Assembly (NCBI GenBank): GCA_030678995.1
Contig: JAUXTQ010000007.1
Location: forward strand, 51,368 to 115,367
From: Caulobacter sp.
GTDB taxonomy: Bacteria; Pseudomonadota; Alphaproteobacteria; Caulobacterales; Caulobacteraceae
Length of the DNA: 64,000 nt
Reading direction: 5' to 3'
A program made the translations under genes and the position numbers. Positions 30,156 to 39,313 of this stretch are shown here, piece after piece. The number at the start of each line of letters is the position of its first letter. Position 1 is the first letter of the stretch. The notes below the pieces were generated by a model. It did no database searches, was not told where the DNA came from, and saw only the letters and a program-made list of their open reading frames with translations.

Positions 30156-30892
30156 TGCCCTTCGATCAACTCGACAGGCCCGTCCCCCTGGCCGCCCGGC
30201 TGGACGCCGAACTGCGCGCGGCCCATCCGCGCACGGTGATCGAGGCGGCCTACAAGGAATTCGGGCCCAAACTCGCGCTGGTCTCGTCCTTCGGGGCGGA
30301 GTCGGCGGTGCTGCTGCACCTGGCCAGCCAGGTCAGCAAGGCCATCCCGGTGCTGTTCCTCGACACCGGCATGCTGTTCGGCCAGACCCTCGACTACCGC
30401 CAGCAGCTGGCCGCGCGGCTGGGCCTGACCGACGTGCGCGACCTGCGCCCCCGCTTCGCCGACATCGCCGTCACCGATCCCAAGGCCGACCTCTGGCAGA
30501 CCGACACCGACGCCTGCTGCAACATCCGCAAGGTGATCCCGCTGGCCAAGGCGCTGGAGGGCTTCGACGCCTGGATCACCGGCCGCAAGCGCTTCCACGG
30601 CGGCGACCGCCTGCGCCTGTCGGTGGTCGAGGAGGCGCAGGCTCACACCAAGTTCAATCCGCTGGCCAACTGGACCAAGGAAGACCTGGACTCCTACATC
30701 GCCGAGTACGACCTGCCGACCCACCCGCTGGTGGCCCAGGGCTTCCCGTCGATCGGCTGCTGGCCCTGCACCAGGCCGGTGGAAGACGGCGCCGATGTCC
30801 GCGCCGGCCGCTGGGCCGGGCAGGACAAGACCGAATGCGGCATCCACGTCGCCCGCGCCCCTTCGCCGCCGAACGTGGGCGGGGATATCTAG
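30155..30892 (+). CDS. cysH: PAPS/APS reductase
   Basis: SSFGAES, LDTG, CC..RKV, SIGCWPCT, R.GRW and ECGIH motifs. Confidence 0.93.
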   Translation: MPFDQLDRPVPLAARLDAELRAAHPRTVIEAAYKEFGPKLALVSSFGAESAVLLHLASQVSKAIPVLFLDTGMLFGQTLDYRQQLAARLGLTDVRDLRPRFADIAVTDPKADLWQTDTDACCNIRKVIPLAKALEGFDAWITGRKRFHGGDRLRLSVVEEAQAHTKFNPLANWTKEDLDSYIAEYDLPTHPLVAQGFPSIGCWPCTRPVEDGADVRAGRWAGQDKTECGIHVARAPSPPNVGGDI

Positions 30893-30898
30893 TTCGGG

Positions 30899-30995
30899 GC
30901 CTAATCCGGGGACAGTTTACCTATTTCGCATTCCAGCCCGGCGTCCCCAGCCAGCGGGAGCGGGGCGAAATAGGTAAACTGTCCCCGGATTAGGC
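30899..30995. repeat. 31-bp perfect inverted repeat element (family D)
   Basis: GCCTAATCCGGGGACAGTTTACCTATTTCGC - 35 nt spacer - exact reverse complement. Confidence 0.85.
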
Positions 30996-30996
30996 T

Positions 30997-31287
30997 TCAC
31001 GGAGCTATGTCGAAAATCTGCGGCCCCTTCGATCCCTCGGCTGACAAACCGCGCACCGCCCGCATGAAGGCGTTCGACTCCGGCACGGCGAAATGGGCCG
31101 TCAGCGCCGCGCGGTCGGCCCAGCGCTCGAAGAAGAACAGCCGCAGGCCGTTTTCGCTGTCGATGTACAGGTCGTGGCTGATGCAGCCCGGCTCGGCGCG
31201 GGAGCGGCGGCTGTGTTCCTGGCCGATGGAGATCAGTTCGGCGAGGGTCTCGGGCCGGGCGAGGATCCAGCCCGTAACGATGATCAT
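30997..31287 (-). CDS. Putative quinol monooxygenase (ABM domain)
   Basis: SRAEPGCISH and FFERWADRAAL..HF motifs. Confidence 0.82.
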   Translation of the reverse strand: MIIVTGWILARPETLAELISIGQEHSRRSRAEPGCISHDLYIDSENGLRLFFFERWADRAALTAHFAVPESNAFMRAVRGLSAEGSKGPQIFDIAP

Positions 31288-31288
31288 C

Positions 31289-31804
31289 TCAGCGGGCCGC
31301 GATGCGGACGTCGGCCTTGGGGCAGCCTTCGAAGGTCCCCACCCTGGAGACCGTCACGGCCTTGAGGTTCAGCCTCATCATCGGGGCCATCGAGCCGCGG
31401 CTCGAGCCGGTGAACAGGTCGATGCGGGCGCCCTTGATCGCGCCGCCGACGTCGGAGGCGTACCAGTAGCCGTCGTGCGGCCGGCCGTCGGGCATCGGCA
31501 TGCCGACGGTTTCCTTGATGAACAGGATCGTGCGGCGGGGCACCAGGGTGCGGTCGGTGGCGGCCGTGCGCATGGCCACCGTCGGGCAGCCCAGCGAATC
31601 GCGCCCGCCGACGCCCGGCGCGCCGCTGTGATACAGCGTGGCCTTGAGCACCCAGTCGGGAGCCAGTTCGGTGATGGTTTCGGCGGACTCCCGCAAGGCG
31701 TCCTGGATCAGGTCGCCGATCGGGTCGATCATCGGCTGCGCGAATGCCTGCGGGGTGAACAGTCCGAAGGCCAGCGCGGCGAGGCATGGCAGGATGCGTT
31801 TCAA
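31289..31804 (-). CDS. 3D domain (Asp-Asp-Asp) cell-wall protein
   Basis: AATD..LVP and ASDVGGAIKGARIDLFTG motifs; signal peptide after TTG start. Confidence 0.82.
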   Translation of the reverse strand: MKRILPCLAALAFGLFTPQAFAQPMIDPIGDLIQDALRESAETITELAPDWVLKATLYHSGAPGVGGRDSLGCPTVAMRTAATDRTLVPRRTILFIKETVGMPMPDGRPHDGYWYASDVGGAIKGARIDLFTGSSRGSMAPMMRLNLKAVTVSRVGTFEGCPKADVRIAAR

Positions 31805-31898
31805 ACGCGCCCCCCTGTTTGTTTCTCGTGGGGCGGTCTCTATCCGCCATCGGCGCGCGAAACAACCCGCTGGGCTCAATCTATGGGAGACTGAACTG

Positions 31899-32483
31899 AT
31901 GCTGACGGTCTATGGCGACAGCATTTCGGGCAACTGCCTGAAGGTCAAATGGACGGCGGAAAAGCTCGCGATTCCATACCGTTGGCGCGAGCTGGATGTG
32001 CTCCGGGCGGAGACCCGCACCCCCGATTTCCTGGCCCTCAATCCGGCCGGTCAGGTTCCGCTGGTGATCCTGCCGGACGGTCGGGCGCTGGCCCAGTCCA
32101 ACGCGATCATCGTCCATCTGGCCGAGGGATCGGACCTGATTCCCGCTGATTCCTATGACCGGGCGAAGATGTTCGAATGGCTGTTCTGGGAGCAGTACAG
32201 CCACGAGCCCTATGTCGCCGTGGCCCGGTTTCAGATGGCCTATCTGGGCAAGCCGCGCCACGAGCTCGACAGCAAGCTGGTCGAGCGCGGCAAGGCGGCG
32301 TTGCAGCGGCTGGCGGACGGGCTGGAGGAAACCGACTTCCTGGTGGGTAACAGCGTCAGTCTCGCCGACGTCTCATTGGTCGCCTATACCCGGGTGGCGC
32401 ACGAGGGCGGCTTCGACCTGGCGGCCTGGCCGCGGGTGGTCGCCTGGGTGGCGCGCGTTGAGGCCGCGCTGGGCATCGTCTAG
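31899..32483 (+). CDS. Glutathione S-transferase family protein
   Basis: SGNCLKV, LNPAGQVP, QSNAI, WEQYSHEP and SLADV motifs. Confidence 0.9.
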   Translation: MLTVYGDSISGNCLKVKWTAEKLAIPYRWRELDVLRAETRTPDFLALNPAGQVPLVILPDGRALAQSNAIIVHLAEGSDLIPADSYDRAKMFEWLFWEQYSHEPYVAVARFQMAYLGKPRHELDSKLVERGKAALQRLADGLEETDFLVGNSVSLADVSLVAYTRVAHEGGFDLAAWPRVVAWVARVEAALGIV

Positions 32484-32514
32484 AGCGTCAGGTCTCGCCG
32501 TCTTGAGGACCGTC

Positions 32515-33528
32515 ATGCGCCCTGCCTTCCGTTTCGCCGCCTTGGCCGCCGCCGTTGGCCTGGCCCTGACGCCCGCAGCCGCCAGTTCCTGGGGCAACAC
32601 CGGCCACCGCATCATCGGGGTGCTGGCCGTCGAGGCCCTGCCCGAGGAGGTCCCCGCCTTCCTGCGCGGCAAGAAGGCGATGCAGGACATGGGTGAACTG
32701 GCCCGCGAGCCGGACCGCTCCAAGGGCGCCGGCAGGATCCACGACAGCAACCGCGATCCGGCCCACTTCATCGATATCGACGACGAGGGACGGGTGCTGG
32801 GCGGGCCGGTGTTCGCTGACCTGGCCTCCACCCGCGCCGAGTACGAAACCGCGCTGCGGGCCGCCGGGACCGACAGCTGGAAGGCTGGCTACCTGCAGTT
32901 TTCCATCGTCGACGGCTACCAGCAGCTGGTGAAGGACTTCGCCATGTGGCGGGTCGACGTGGCCGGGGCGAAATACGGCAAGGGCGCGCAGAAGGCCTGG
33001 TTCAAGCGCGACCGCATGCGCCGCGAGGCCCTGCTGATCGCCAACCTGGCCAACCTGGCCCACTTCGTCGGCGACGGCAGCCAGCCGCTGCATGCGACGA
33101 CGCACTACAACGGCTGGGGCGACTATCCCAATCCGAAGGGCTACACCACCGAGCGGATCCACGGGCCGTTCGAGGGCGCCTTCGTCAAGGGCGCGGTGAC
33201 CATCGACATGGCCCGACCGACGATGAAGCCGTTCGCCTCCTGCGGCTGCCCGGTCGAGAAGCGCGCGATCGCCTACCTGATTCGCACCCAGACCTTCGTC
33301 GAGCCGCTCTACGCCCTGTGGAAGGACGGCGCCCTGCGGCCCGGTCAGACCCGCGGCGCCGATTTCGCCGCTGAACGGATCGGGGCGGGCGCCACCGAGC
33401 TGCGCGACCTGATCGTCGAGGCCTGGCGGGCCAGCGCGAACGCCAAGGTCGGCTGGCCGGAGGTCAGCGTCGCCGACGTCGAGTCCGGCAAGGTCGACGC
33501 CTATGAGGCCATGCTGGGCGCGGACTGA
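32515..33528 (+). CDS. S1/P1 nuclease family protein, secreted
   Basis: Signal peptide then W-G..GH; H..D; HFVGD.SQPLH; IH..FE zinc ligands. Confidence 0.85.
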   Translation: MRPAFRFAALAAAVGLALTPAAASSWGNTGHRIIGVLAVEALPEEVPAFLRGKKAMQDMGELAREPDRSKGAGRIHDSNRDPAHFIDIDDEGRVLGGPVFADLASTRAEYETALRAAGTDSWKAGYLQFSIVDGYQQLVKDFAMWRVDVAGAKYGKGAQKAWFKRDRMRREALLIANLANLAHFVGDGSQPLHATTHYNGWGDYPNPKGYTTERIHGPFEGAFVKGAVTIDMARPTMKPFASCGCPVEKRAIAYLIRTQTFVEPLYALWKDGALRPGQTRGADFAAERIGAGATELRDLIVEAWRASANAKVGWPEVSVADVESGKVDAYEAMLGAD

Positions 33529-33977
33529 TGCCGCAGTTTGGCGAGCCGGTCCCGGGCGCCGCCCACCGCGAGCGGCCGGCGGCGTTTGGCATCGCTGTGC
33601 GTGAGGGGCTGATCGCCGTGGTTCGGGTCCGGCCCGCCGAGGGCGGGGACTGGCTGGACCTGCCCGGCGGGGCCATCGACCCCGGCGAGGACGAGATCCA
33701 GGCCCTGGTCCGCGAGTTCGGCGAAGAGACGGGTCTGGTGGTGTCCGCCGGCCGACGGATCGCCGCCATCCGCCAGTATTTCGTCCTCTCCGACGGCGAA
33801 CCGGTGAACAACATCGCCGGCGTCCATGCGGTCGAGGTGACAGGCGAGGATCCGTCGCTCAAGATCGAGGACGATCACGACCTGGTCTGGACCGATCCGG
33901 ACGAGGCCATCCGCCGCCTGAGGCACGACGGCCATGCCTGGGCGGTGGCCAAATGGATGAGAGACAGCCTGCCATGA
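33528..33977 (+). CDS. NUDIX hydrolase
   Basis: PGGAIDPGED..QAL.REF.EETG Nudix box. Confidence 0.9.
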   Translation: MPQFGEPVPGAAHRERPAAFGIAVREGLIAVVRVRPAEGGDWLDLPGGAIDPGEDEIQALVREFGEETGLVVSAGRRIAAIRQYFVLSDGEPVNNIAGVHAVEVTGEDPSLKIEDDHDLVWTDPDEAIRRLRHDGHAWAVAKWMRDSLP

Positions 33978-34597
33978 CCTCCTTCTACGACCGCCACATC
34001 ATGCCCCGCCTGATCGGCTGCGCCTGCGCCAGCAAGCCGATCATGAAGCAGCGGGTGAAGGTCGTGCCCAGGGCCGCCGGCAAGGTGCTGGAGCTTGGCA
34101 TCGGCGGCGGCCTGAACCTGCAATTCTATGATCCGGCCAAGGTCGAGAGCGTATCCGGCGTCGATCCATCGGCCGAGCTGCGGGCCGTGGCGGCGGCGGC
34201 CGAGCGTCCAGAGGGGCTGAAGGTCGACATCCAGGACGGGACGGCCGAGGCGCTGCCCTTCGCGGACAAGAGCTTCGACTGCGTGGTCTGCACCTTCACC
34301 CTCTGTTCGGTGCAGTCGCCGGCCAAGGCGCTGAGCGAGGCCAAGCGGGTGCTCAAGCCCGGCGGGCGGTTCCTGTTCTGCGAACACGGCCTGGCCCCCG
34401 ACCCTGAGGTGGTGAAGTGGCAGCGGCGGCTGGAACCGATGTGGAAGTCCATCGCCGGCGGCTGCCACCTGACCCGGCCGATCACCTCCGCGGTCAGCGG
34501 GGCCGGGTTCTCCATCGCCGACAGCGACGGCATGTACCTGCCAAAAACCCCGCGGGTGCTTGGCTGGAGCGAATGGGGCGAGGCGGTGGCGGCCTAG
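33974..34597 (+). CDS. Class I SAM-dependent methyltransferase
   Basis: VLELGIGGG, SFDCVV, VLKPGG.FLFCEHG and GGCHL motifs. Confidence 0.9.
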   Translation: MTSFYDRHIMPRLIGCACASKPIMKQRVKVVPRAAGKVLELGIGGGLNLQFYDPAKVESVSGVDPSAELRAVAAAAERPEGLKVDIQDGTAEALPFADKSFDCVVCTFTLCSVQSPAKALSEAKRVLKPGGRFLFCEHGLAPDPEVVKWQRRLEPMWKSIAGGCHLTRPITSAVSGAGFSIADSDGMYLPKTPRVLGWSEWGEAVAA

Positions 34598-34614
34598 GTC
34601 AGCCCCAAAAAAGT

Positions 34615-34729
34615 CCCTCCCCACAGGGGGAGGTGGCTCGGCGAAGCCGAGACGGAGGGGGGCTGTCGATGGCCCGCAGGAGCCCCCCTCAGTCACCGCT
34701 TCGCGGCGACAGCTCCCCCGGGGGGGAGC
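34615..34729. repeat. Palindromic repeat family A, copy 4
   Basis: CCTCCCCACAGGGGGAGGTGGC...GACAGCTCCCCCGGGGGGGAGC. Confidence 0.85.
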
Positions 34730-34850
34730 GACTATCCAGCAACAGACCCGGCCATCTGCACAGGAACTGCATCTTCCGTTGACGGTGCCTGACGCCGTCC
34801 GTCAAATGGCGTGTCCGCTTGGGGGACAGCTGAACAGCGCCGCGGGGGGC

Positions 34851-35735
34851 ATGGACGACGACGCCGCCTTCATCGAGCAATGCCGGGCCGCCGTTGAGCG
34901 CCGGCTGGCGGAGCTGACTCCGGACCGCGCCGAGCACCCGCGCCGGCTGGCCGAGGCGGCGCGCTACGCCCTGCTGTCGCCGGGCAAGCGGTTTCGGCCG
35001 ATGCTGACCCTGCTGGCGGCCCGCGAGTTCGGCGCCGAGCCGCCGATGGCCCTCGACGCCGCCTGCGCCTTCGAGATGGTCCATGCCGCCTCGCTGATTC
35101 TCGATGATCTGCCCTGTATGGACAACGCGAATCTGCGCCGGGGCCGCAACACGACCCACCGCGAGTTTGACGAGGCGACGGCCATCCTCGCCTCGGTTGG
35201 CCTGCTCAATCGGGCCTACGGGGTGCTGGCCGAGGACGAGGGCCTGACGCCCGCCCTGAAGACCGAGCTATCTCGCAGGCTGTCGGAGGCGGTGGGCTTC
35301 CACGGCCTGGTGGCCGGACAGGCCATGGACCTGGAGGACCGCGGCCGGGACCGCTCGCCGGCGGACCTTGAGCTGCTCAATCATCGCAAGACCGGCGTCC
35401 TGATGGTCGCCGCGGCCCAGGCCGGCGCCCTGATCGCCGGAGCATCCGAGGAGGCCGTGCGAGGCGTGGGCGAGTTCGCCCGCTGCCTGGGCCTGGCCTT
35501 CCAGATCCATGACGACATCCTCGACGTCGCAGGCGGGGCCGACCTGGGCAAGGACCTGGGCAAGGACGCGGGCATGGCCACCGTGGTCTCCGTCCTCGGC
35601 CTCGACGGCGCCCGCGCGGCGCTCGAGGGCCACCTCGAGGCGGCCCGGGCCGGTCTGGCCGGGGCCGGCGTCGGCAAGGGGCTCCTCGCCCCCTACGTTC
35701 TGGCCCTCTTCGAGGCGAGGAAGGCCGCGGCGTGA
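34851..35735 (+). CDS. crtE: Geranylgeranyl diphosphate synthase
   Basis: GKRFRP, LILDDLPCMD..RRG, KT and FQIHDDILD motifs; lies in the crt cluster. Confidence 0.88.
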   Translation: MDDDAAFIEQCRAAVERRLAELTPDRAEHPRRLAEAARYALLSPGKRFRPMLTLLAAREFGAEPPMALDAACAFEMVHAASLILDDLPCMDNANLRRGRNTTHREFDEATAILASVGLLNRAYGVLAEDEGLTPALKTELSRRLSEAVGFHGLVAGQAMDLEDRGRDRSPADLELLNHRKTGVLMVAAAQAGALIAGASEEAVRGVGEFARCLGLAFQIHDDILDVAGGADLGKDLGKDAGMATVVSVLGLDGARAALEGHLEAARAGLAGAGVGKGLLAPYVLALFEARKAAA

Positions 35736-36670
35736 CCGACCGTCCGATCCTCAACGTCTGGGGCGCCGAGCACCAGTACGGCGACCGCAAGGTTCTGCGC
35801 GGCGTCGATCTGACAGTGCATCCGGGCGAGATCTACGCCCTGCTGGGTCCCAACGGGGCGGGAAAATCCACCCTGGTCGGGGCCATCTGCGGCCGGTTCA
35901 AATTGACCGGCGGGGAGGTGGCGCTGGACGGCCAGGACCCCTTCGTCACCGCCTCCGCGCGGGCGCGCCTGGGTCTCGTGCCGCAGGAGATCGCCCTCTA
36001 CGGCCACATGACCGTGCGCGAGAACCTCGAGGTGTTCGGCCGCCTCTCCGGCGTCATGCGTTGCGACCTGGCCCCGGCCGTCGCCAGCGCCATGCAGCTG
36101 ACGCGCACGGCCGACCGCGAGCATGTGCCGGTGCGCCACCTGTCGGGCGGCTATCGCCGGCGGGTCAACATCGCCGCCGCCATCCTGCACCGCCCGCAGC
36201 TGCTGATCCTCGACGAGCCGACGGTCGGCGTGGACATCGACGCCCGCGAGGCGCTCGACACGGTGATCCGCAATCTGCGCGACACCGGGGTGGCGGTGCT
36301 GATCGTCACCCACGACCTGGACCAGGCCGGGGCGCTGGCCGACCGGGTCGGCTTCCTGCGCGAAGGCCGCAAGGTGCTGGAGGGCGTCCCGCGGCGCCTG
36401 ATCGAGCAGGCCTTCGGCCAGGAAATGGAAATCCTCGTCCAGATGCACCTCGAGCCCGACATGGACGGCGAGAGCATCCTGGCCGCGGAGGGGCTGGAAC
36501 GGCGCAAGGGCAACCTGTGGGCCCGCCTTGACCTGGACGGCTACAACGCCGCCGCCCAGCTGGACCGGCGGCTGCGCGGCCTCGGCCTCATCCCGCGGGA
36601 AATCAGGGTGCGGGCGCCGTCGCTGCAGAATCTGTTCAGCCTGGTCGCCGACTGGAGTCGAGCCGCATGA
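35732..36670 (+). CDS. ABC transporter ATP-binding protein (ABC-2/drug-exporter type)
   Basis: GPNGAGKST, LSGG, LLILDEPTVGVD and H-loop VTH motifs. Confidence 0.9.
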   Translation: MTDRPILNVWGAEHQYGDRKVLRGVDLTVHPGEIYALLGPNGAGKSTLVGAICGRFKLTGGEVALDGQDPFVTASARARLGLVPQEIALYGHMTVRENLEVFGRLSGVMRCDLAPAVASAMQLTRTADREHVPVRHLSGGYRRRVNIAAAILHRPQLLILDEPTVGVDIDAREALDTVIRNLRDTGVAVLIVTHDLDQAGALADRVGFLREGRKVLEGVPRRLIEQAFGQEMEILVQMHLEPDMDGESILAAEGLERRKGNLWARLDLDGYNAAAQLDRRLRGLGLIPREIRVRAPSLQNLFSLVADWSRAA

Positions 36671-37857
36671 TCCTGGCCATGTTCCGCGTCATGGCGCTGG
36701 CGCTGTGGCGGGACCGCGGCGCGCTGGTGATGACCTTCCTGCTGCCGCCGCTGGTGTTCCTGATCTTCTCGGCTGTGTTCGCCGGGACGACCGGCGAGGA
36801 TATCAGGCTCAAGCTGGCCATCGCCGACGATGCCCATACGCCCGCCTCGCGACGGCTGGTCGACGCCCTGCTGGCCGATCCTGACCTGCGCGCTGAACGC
36901 ACCGACCCGGATACCGGCGAGCGGGTCCGCGCCCTGGTCAAGGCCGGCCGCGCCGACGCGGGGATCATCGTGCGGGCCGACCCGAGCGCGTCGGATTCGC
37001 CCATCGTGGTGGTGTCCGATCCCAGCCGGGCTGTCGCCGCCCCCCTGACCATGGCCCGGGTGCAGCAGGCCATGGCCCGCGCCCTGCCCGACGTGCTGCT
37101 GGACCGCACCCTGGTGGAGACCGCGCCGGCGGTGGGCGGCTTCACGTCCCGCCAGATGGCGGTTGTCGCCGCGGCCAAGGCCAGGCTGGCGAAGGACGGG
37201 GCCGGCGCGGCCAGACCGGGCCTGTTCGAACGCGAGGATATCACCGGGGCCAAGAAGGGTGGCGGCACCATCGCCTACTACGCCGGGGCGGTGAGCATCC
37301 TGTTCGCCCTGTTCTCGGCCATGACCGGCGCCCTGTCGCTGATCGACGAGCGCCGCTCGGGCATCGCCGACCGCATCCTCGCCGGAACCCGGGGGATGGG
37401 CCCGGTGGTCACCGGCAAGTTCCTGTTCCTGACTGCCCAGGGGGTGGTGCAGGCGACGATGATCTTCATCACCGCCCAGCTGGTCTATGGCGTTCCGGTG
37501 CTGCAGCATATCGGCCCCTGGCTGGTCACGACGGTGCTGGCCTCGGTCTGCGCCGCGGGTCTGGCGCTGGGAATCGTCGCCTTCTGCCGGACCCGCGACC
37601 AGGCCCAGATGCTGTCGACCTTCATCATCCTGATCCTGGCGGCGATCGGCGGCAGCATGGTGCCGCGTTTCCTGATGCCGCCCTGGCTGCAGACCGTGGG
37701 CTGGGCCACGCCGCACGCCTGGACGATCGAGGCCTATCAGTCGATCCTCTGGCGGGACGCGGAGCTCATGGCGGTGTATCCTGCCTGGGCCGTGCTGGCG
37801 GCGACCGGCCTTGCCGGGCTGATGCTGGCGCAAAAGGCCACACGCCTCATCCGCTGA
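36667..37857 (+). CDS. ABC-2 type exporter permease
   Basis: N-terminal TM, large periplasmic loop, ERRSG..DR, GGSMVP.FLMP.WLQ...TP..W. Confidence 0.88.
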   Translation: MILAMFRVMALALWRDRGALVMTFLLPPLVFLIFSAVFAGTTGEDIRLKLAIADDAHTPASRRLVDALLADPDLRAERTDPDTGERVRALVKAGRADAGIIVRADPSASDSPIVVVSDPSRAVAAPLTMARVQQAMARALPDVLLDRTLVETAPAVGGFTSRQMAVVAAAKARLAKDGAGAARPGLFEREDITGAKKGGGTIAYYAGAVSILFALFSAMTGALSLIDERRSGIADRILAGTRGMGPVVTGKFLFLTAQGVVQATMIFITAQLVYGVPVLQHIGPWLVTTVLASVCAAGLALGIVAFCRTRDQAQMLSTFIILILAAIGGSMVPRFLMPPWLQTVGWATPHAWTIEAYQSILWRDAELMAVYPAWAVLAATGLAGLMLAQKATRLIR

Positions 37858-37865
37858 AGGTCCCG

Positions 37866-38381
37866 ATGCTGCAGTTCGCGATTTACCTGGCCCTGTTTGG
37901 GGGCGCGCTGGCCTTCATGGAAGGCTTCGCCTGGTTCATGCACAAGTACGTCATGCACGGGTTCATGTGGGTCTGGCACAAGTCCCACCATGAGCCGCGC
38001 CAGGGCGCCTTCGAGCTGAACGACCTGTTCGCCGTGGTCTTCGCCGCGCCGGCGATCCTGGGCATCTGGCTGGGGACCAACGGCGGCCTGCCGCTGATGC
38101 TGCCGGTCGGGTTGGGGATCACCGCCTACGGGGCGATCTACTTCATGTTCCACGATGGCCTGGTGCACCGCCGCTATCCGGTGCCGCTGAGCGGCAAGTC
38201 GGCCTTCTGGAAGCGCCTGATCCAGGCGCACCGCTTCCACCATGCGGTTCACGCCAGGGACGGTTGCGTGTCGTTCGGCTTCCTCATGGCGCCCCCGGTT
38301 CGGCGGCTCAAGGCGCAGCTGGAGGCCCGTAACATCGACCTTCACATCCCCGCGCCCGACGGCACCGAAGCGCCGCTCTAG
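37866..38381 (+). CDS. crtZ: Beta-carotene 3-hydroxylase
   Basis: HKYVMHG, WHKSHH, FELNDLF, HDGLVH and HRFHH histidine boxes. Confidence 0.93.
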   Translation: MLQFAIYLALFGGALAFMEGFAWFMHKYVMHGFMWVWHKSHHEPRQGAFELNDLFAVVFAAPAILGIWLGTNGGLPLMLPVGLGITAYGAIYFMFHDGLVHRRYPVPLSGKSAFWKRLIQAHRFHHAVHARDGCVSFGFLMAPPVRRLKAQLEARNIDLHIPAPDGTEAPL

Positions 38382-39313
38382 ATCTTGCTCCACAGCGCCG
38401 GCCGCTCGGGCGGTTTCCGCCAGCGGTCCAGCGTCGCGCCGCGCAGGGCCATCAGGCCGCCGCCGAGGGCCAGACCCAGCTTCTCGGCCGTGCTGGTCGA
38501 GACCCGCTCGTCCCAGGCCTTCGCGCCGCGCGCCACGACTTTGACCCCGATCTCGCGATAGACCCCCCGCGCGGCCGCCACCGCCCAGGCCGAGCGGAAG
38601 GGCAGGCCGCGCAGGCCCCAGCGGGCCGAGGCGTAGTAGGGCTCGGCGGTCTCCACCAGGCGCTTCGCCAGGCCGGCAATGGCGGCCCGGTGCGCTGGAT
38701 AAGCCACCGCAGCCTCCGGTACGCCCGCCTGCGCCAGCCAGTCAGCGGGCAGGTAGATCCGGTCGTTCAGGGCGTCCTCGACGATGTCGCGGGCGATGTT
38801 GGTCAGCTGGAAGGCCAGGCCCAGGTCCTGGGCGCGGCGCAGGGTGGCCAGGTCGCCCGGCTTCACACCCATGACGATGGCCATCATCGCCCCGACCACT
38901 CCGGCCACGTGCCAGCAGTATTCCAGGGTGTCCTCGATGGTCACATAGCGGCGGCCGGACACGTCCATGGCGAAGCCGTCGATCAGCTCAATGGGGTACT
39001 GCTCGGGGATCGCCCGGCGGCGGGCCACCTCGCGGAAGGCGGCGAAGGCCGGATCCTCGGTCGGCTCCCCGGCCAGGGCCGCGCGGGTCTGGGCATAGAG
39101 GCCGATCAGCCGCTGCTCGATCTCCGCCGGCTCGAGCACTTCGCGGTCGTGGCCCAGGGTCTGGCCGTCGATGACATCGTCGCAGTGGCGGCACCAGGCG
39201 TAGAGCATCTCCGCGTCGGCGCGGGTCTGCGGATCGAACAGGGCGGCGGCGGCGGCGAAGCTCTGCGACCCCTTCTGGATCGTCTCGCGGCTGGTCGCGG
39301 CCAGGTCGGTCAC
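38378..39313 (-). CDS. crtB: Phytoene synthase
   Basis: GSQSF, LYAWCRHCDDVID, YCWHVAGVVG and LGLAFQLTNIARD motifs. Confidence 0.95.
   Translation of the reverse strand: MTDLAATSRETIQKGSQSFAAAAALFDPQTRADAEMLYAWCRHCDDVIDGQTLGHDREVLEPAEIEQRLIGLYAQTRAALAGEPTEDPAFAAFREVARRRAIPEQYPIELIDGFAMDVSGRRYVTIEDTLEYCWHVAGVVGAMMAIVMGVKPGDLATLRRAQDLGLAFQLTNIARDIVEDALNDRIYLPADWLAQAGVPEAAVAYPAHRAAIAGLAKRLVETAEPYYASARWGLRGLPFRSAWAVAAARGVYREIGVKVVARGAKAWDERVSTSTAEKLGLALGGGLMALRGATLDRWRKPPERPALWSKI

Noticed and set aside
35541-35567. Tandem GACCTGGGCAAG duplication in crtE
   Set aside because: Encodes the ordinary GK..GKD motif of prenyltransferases.
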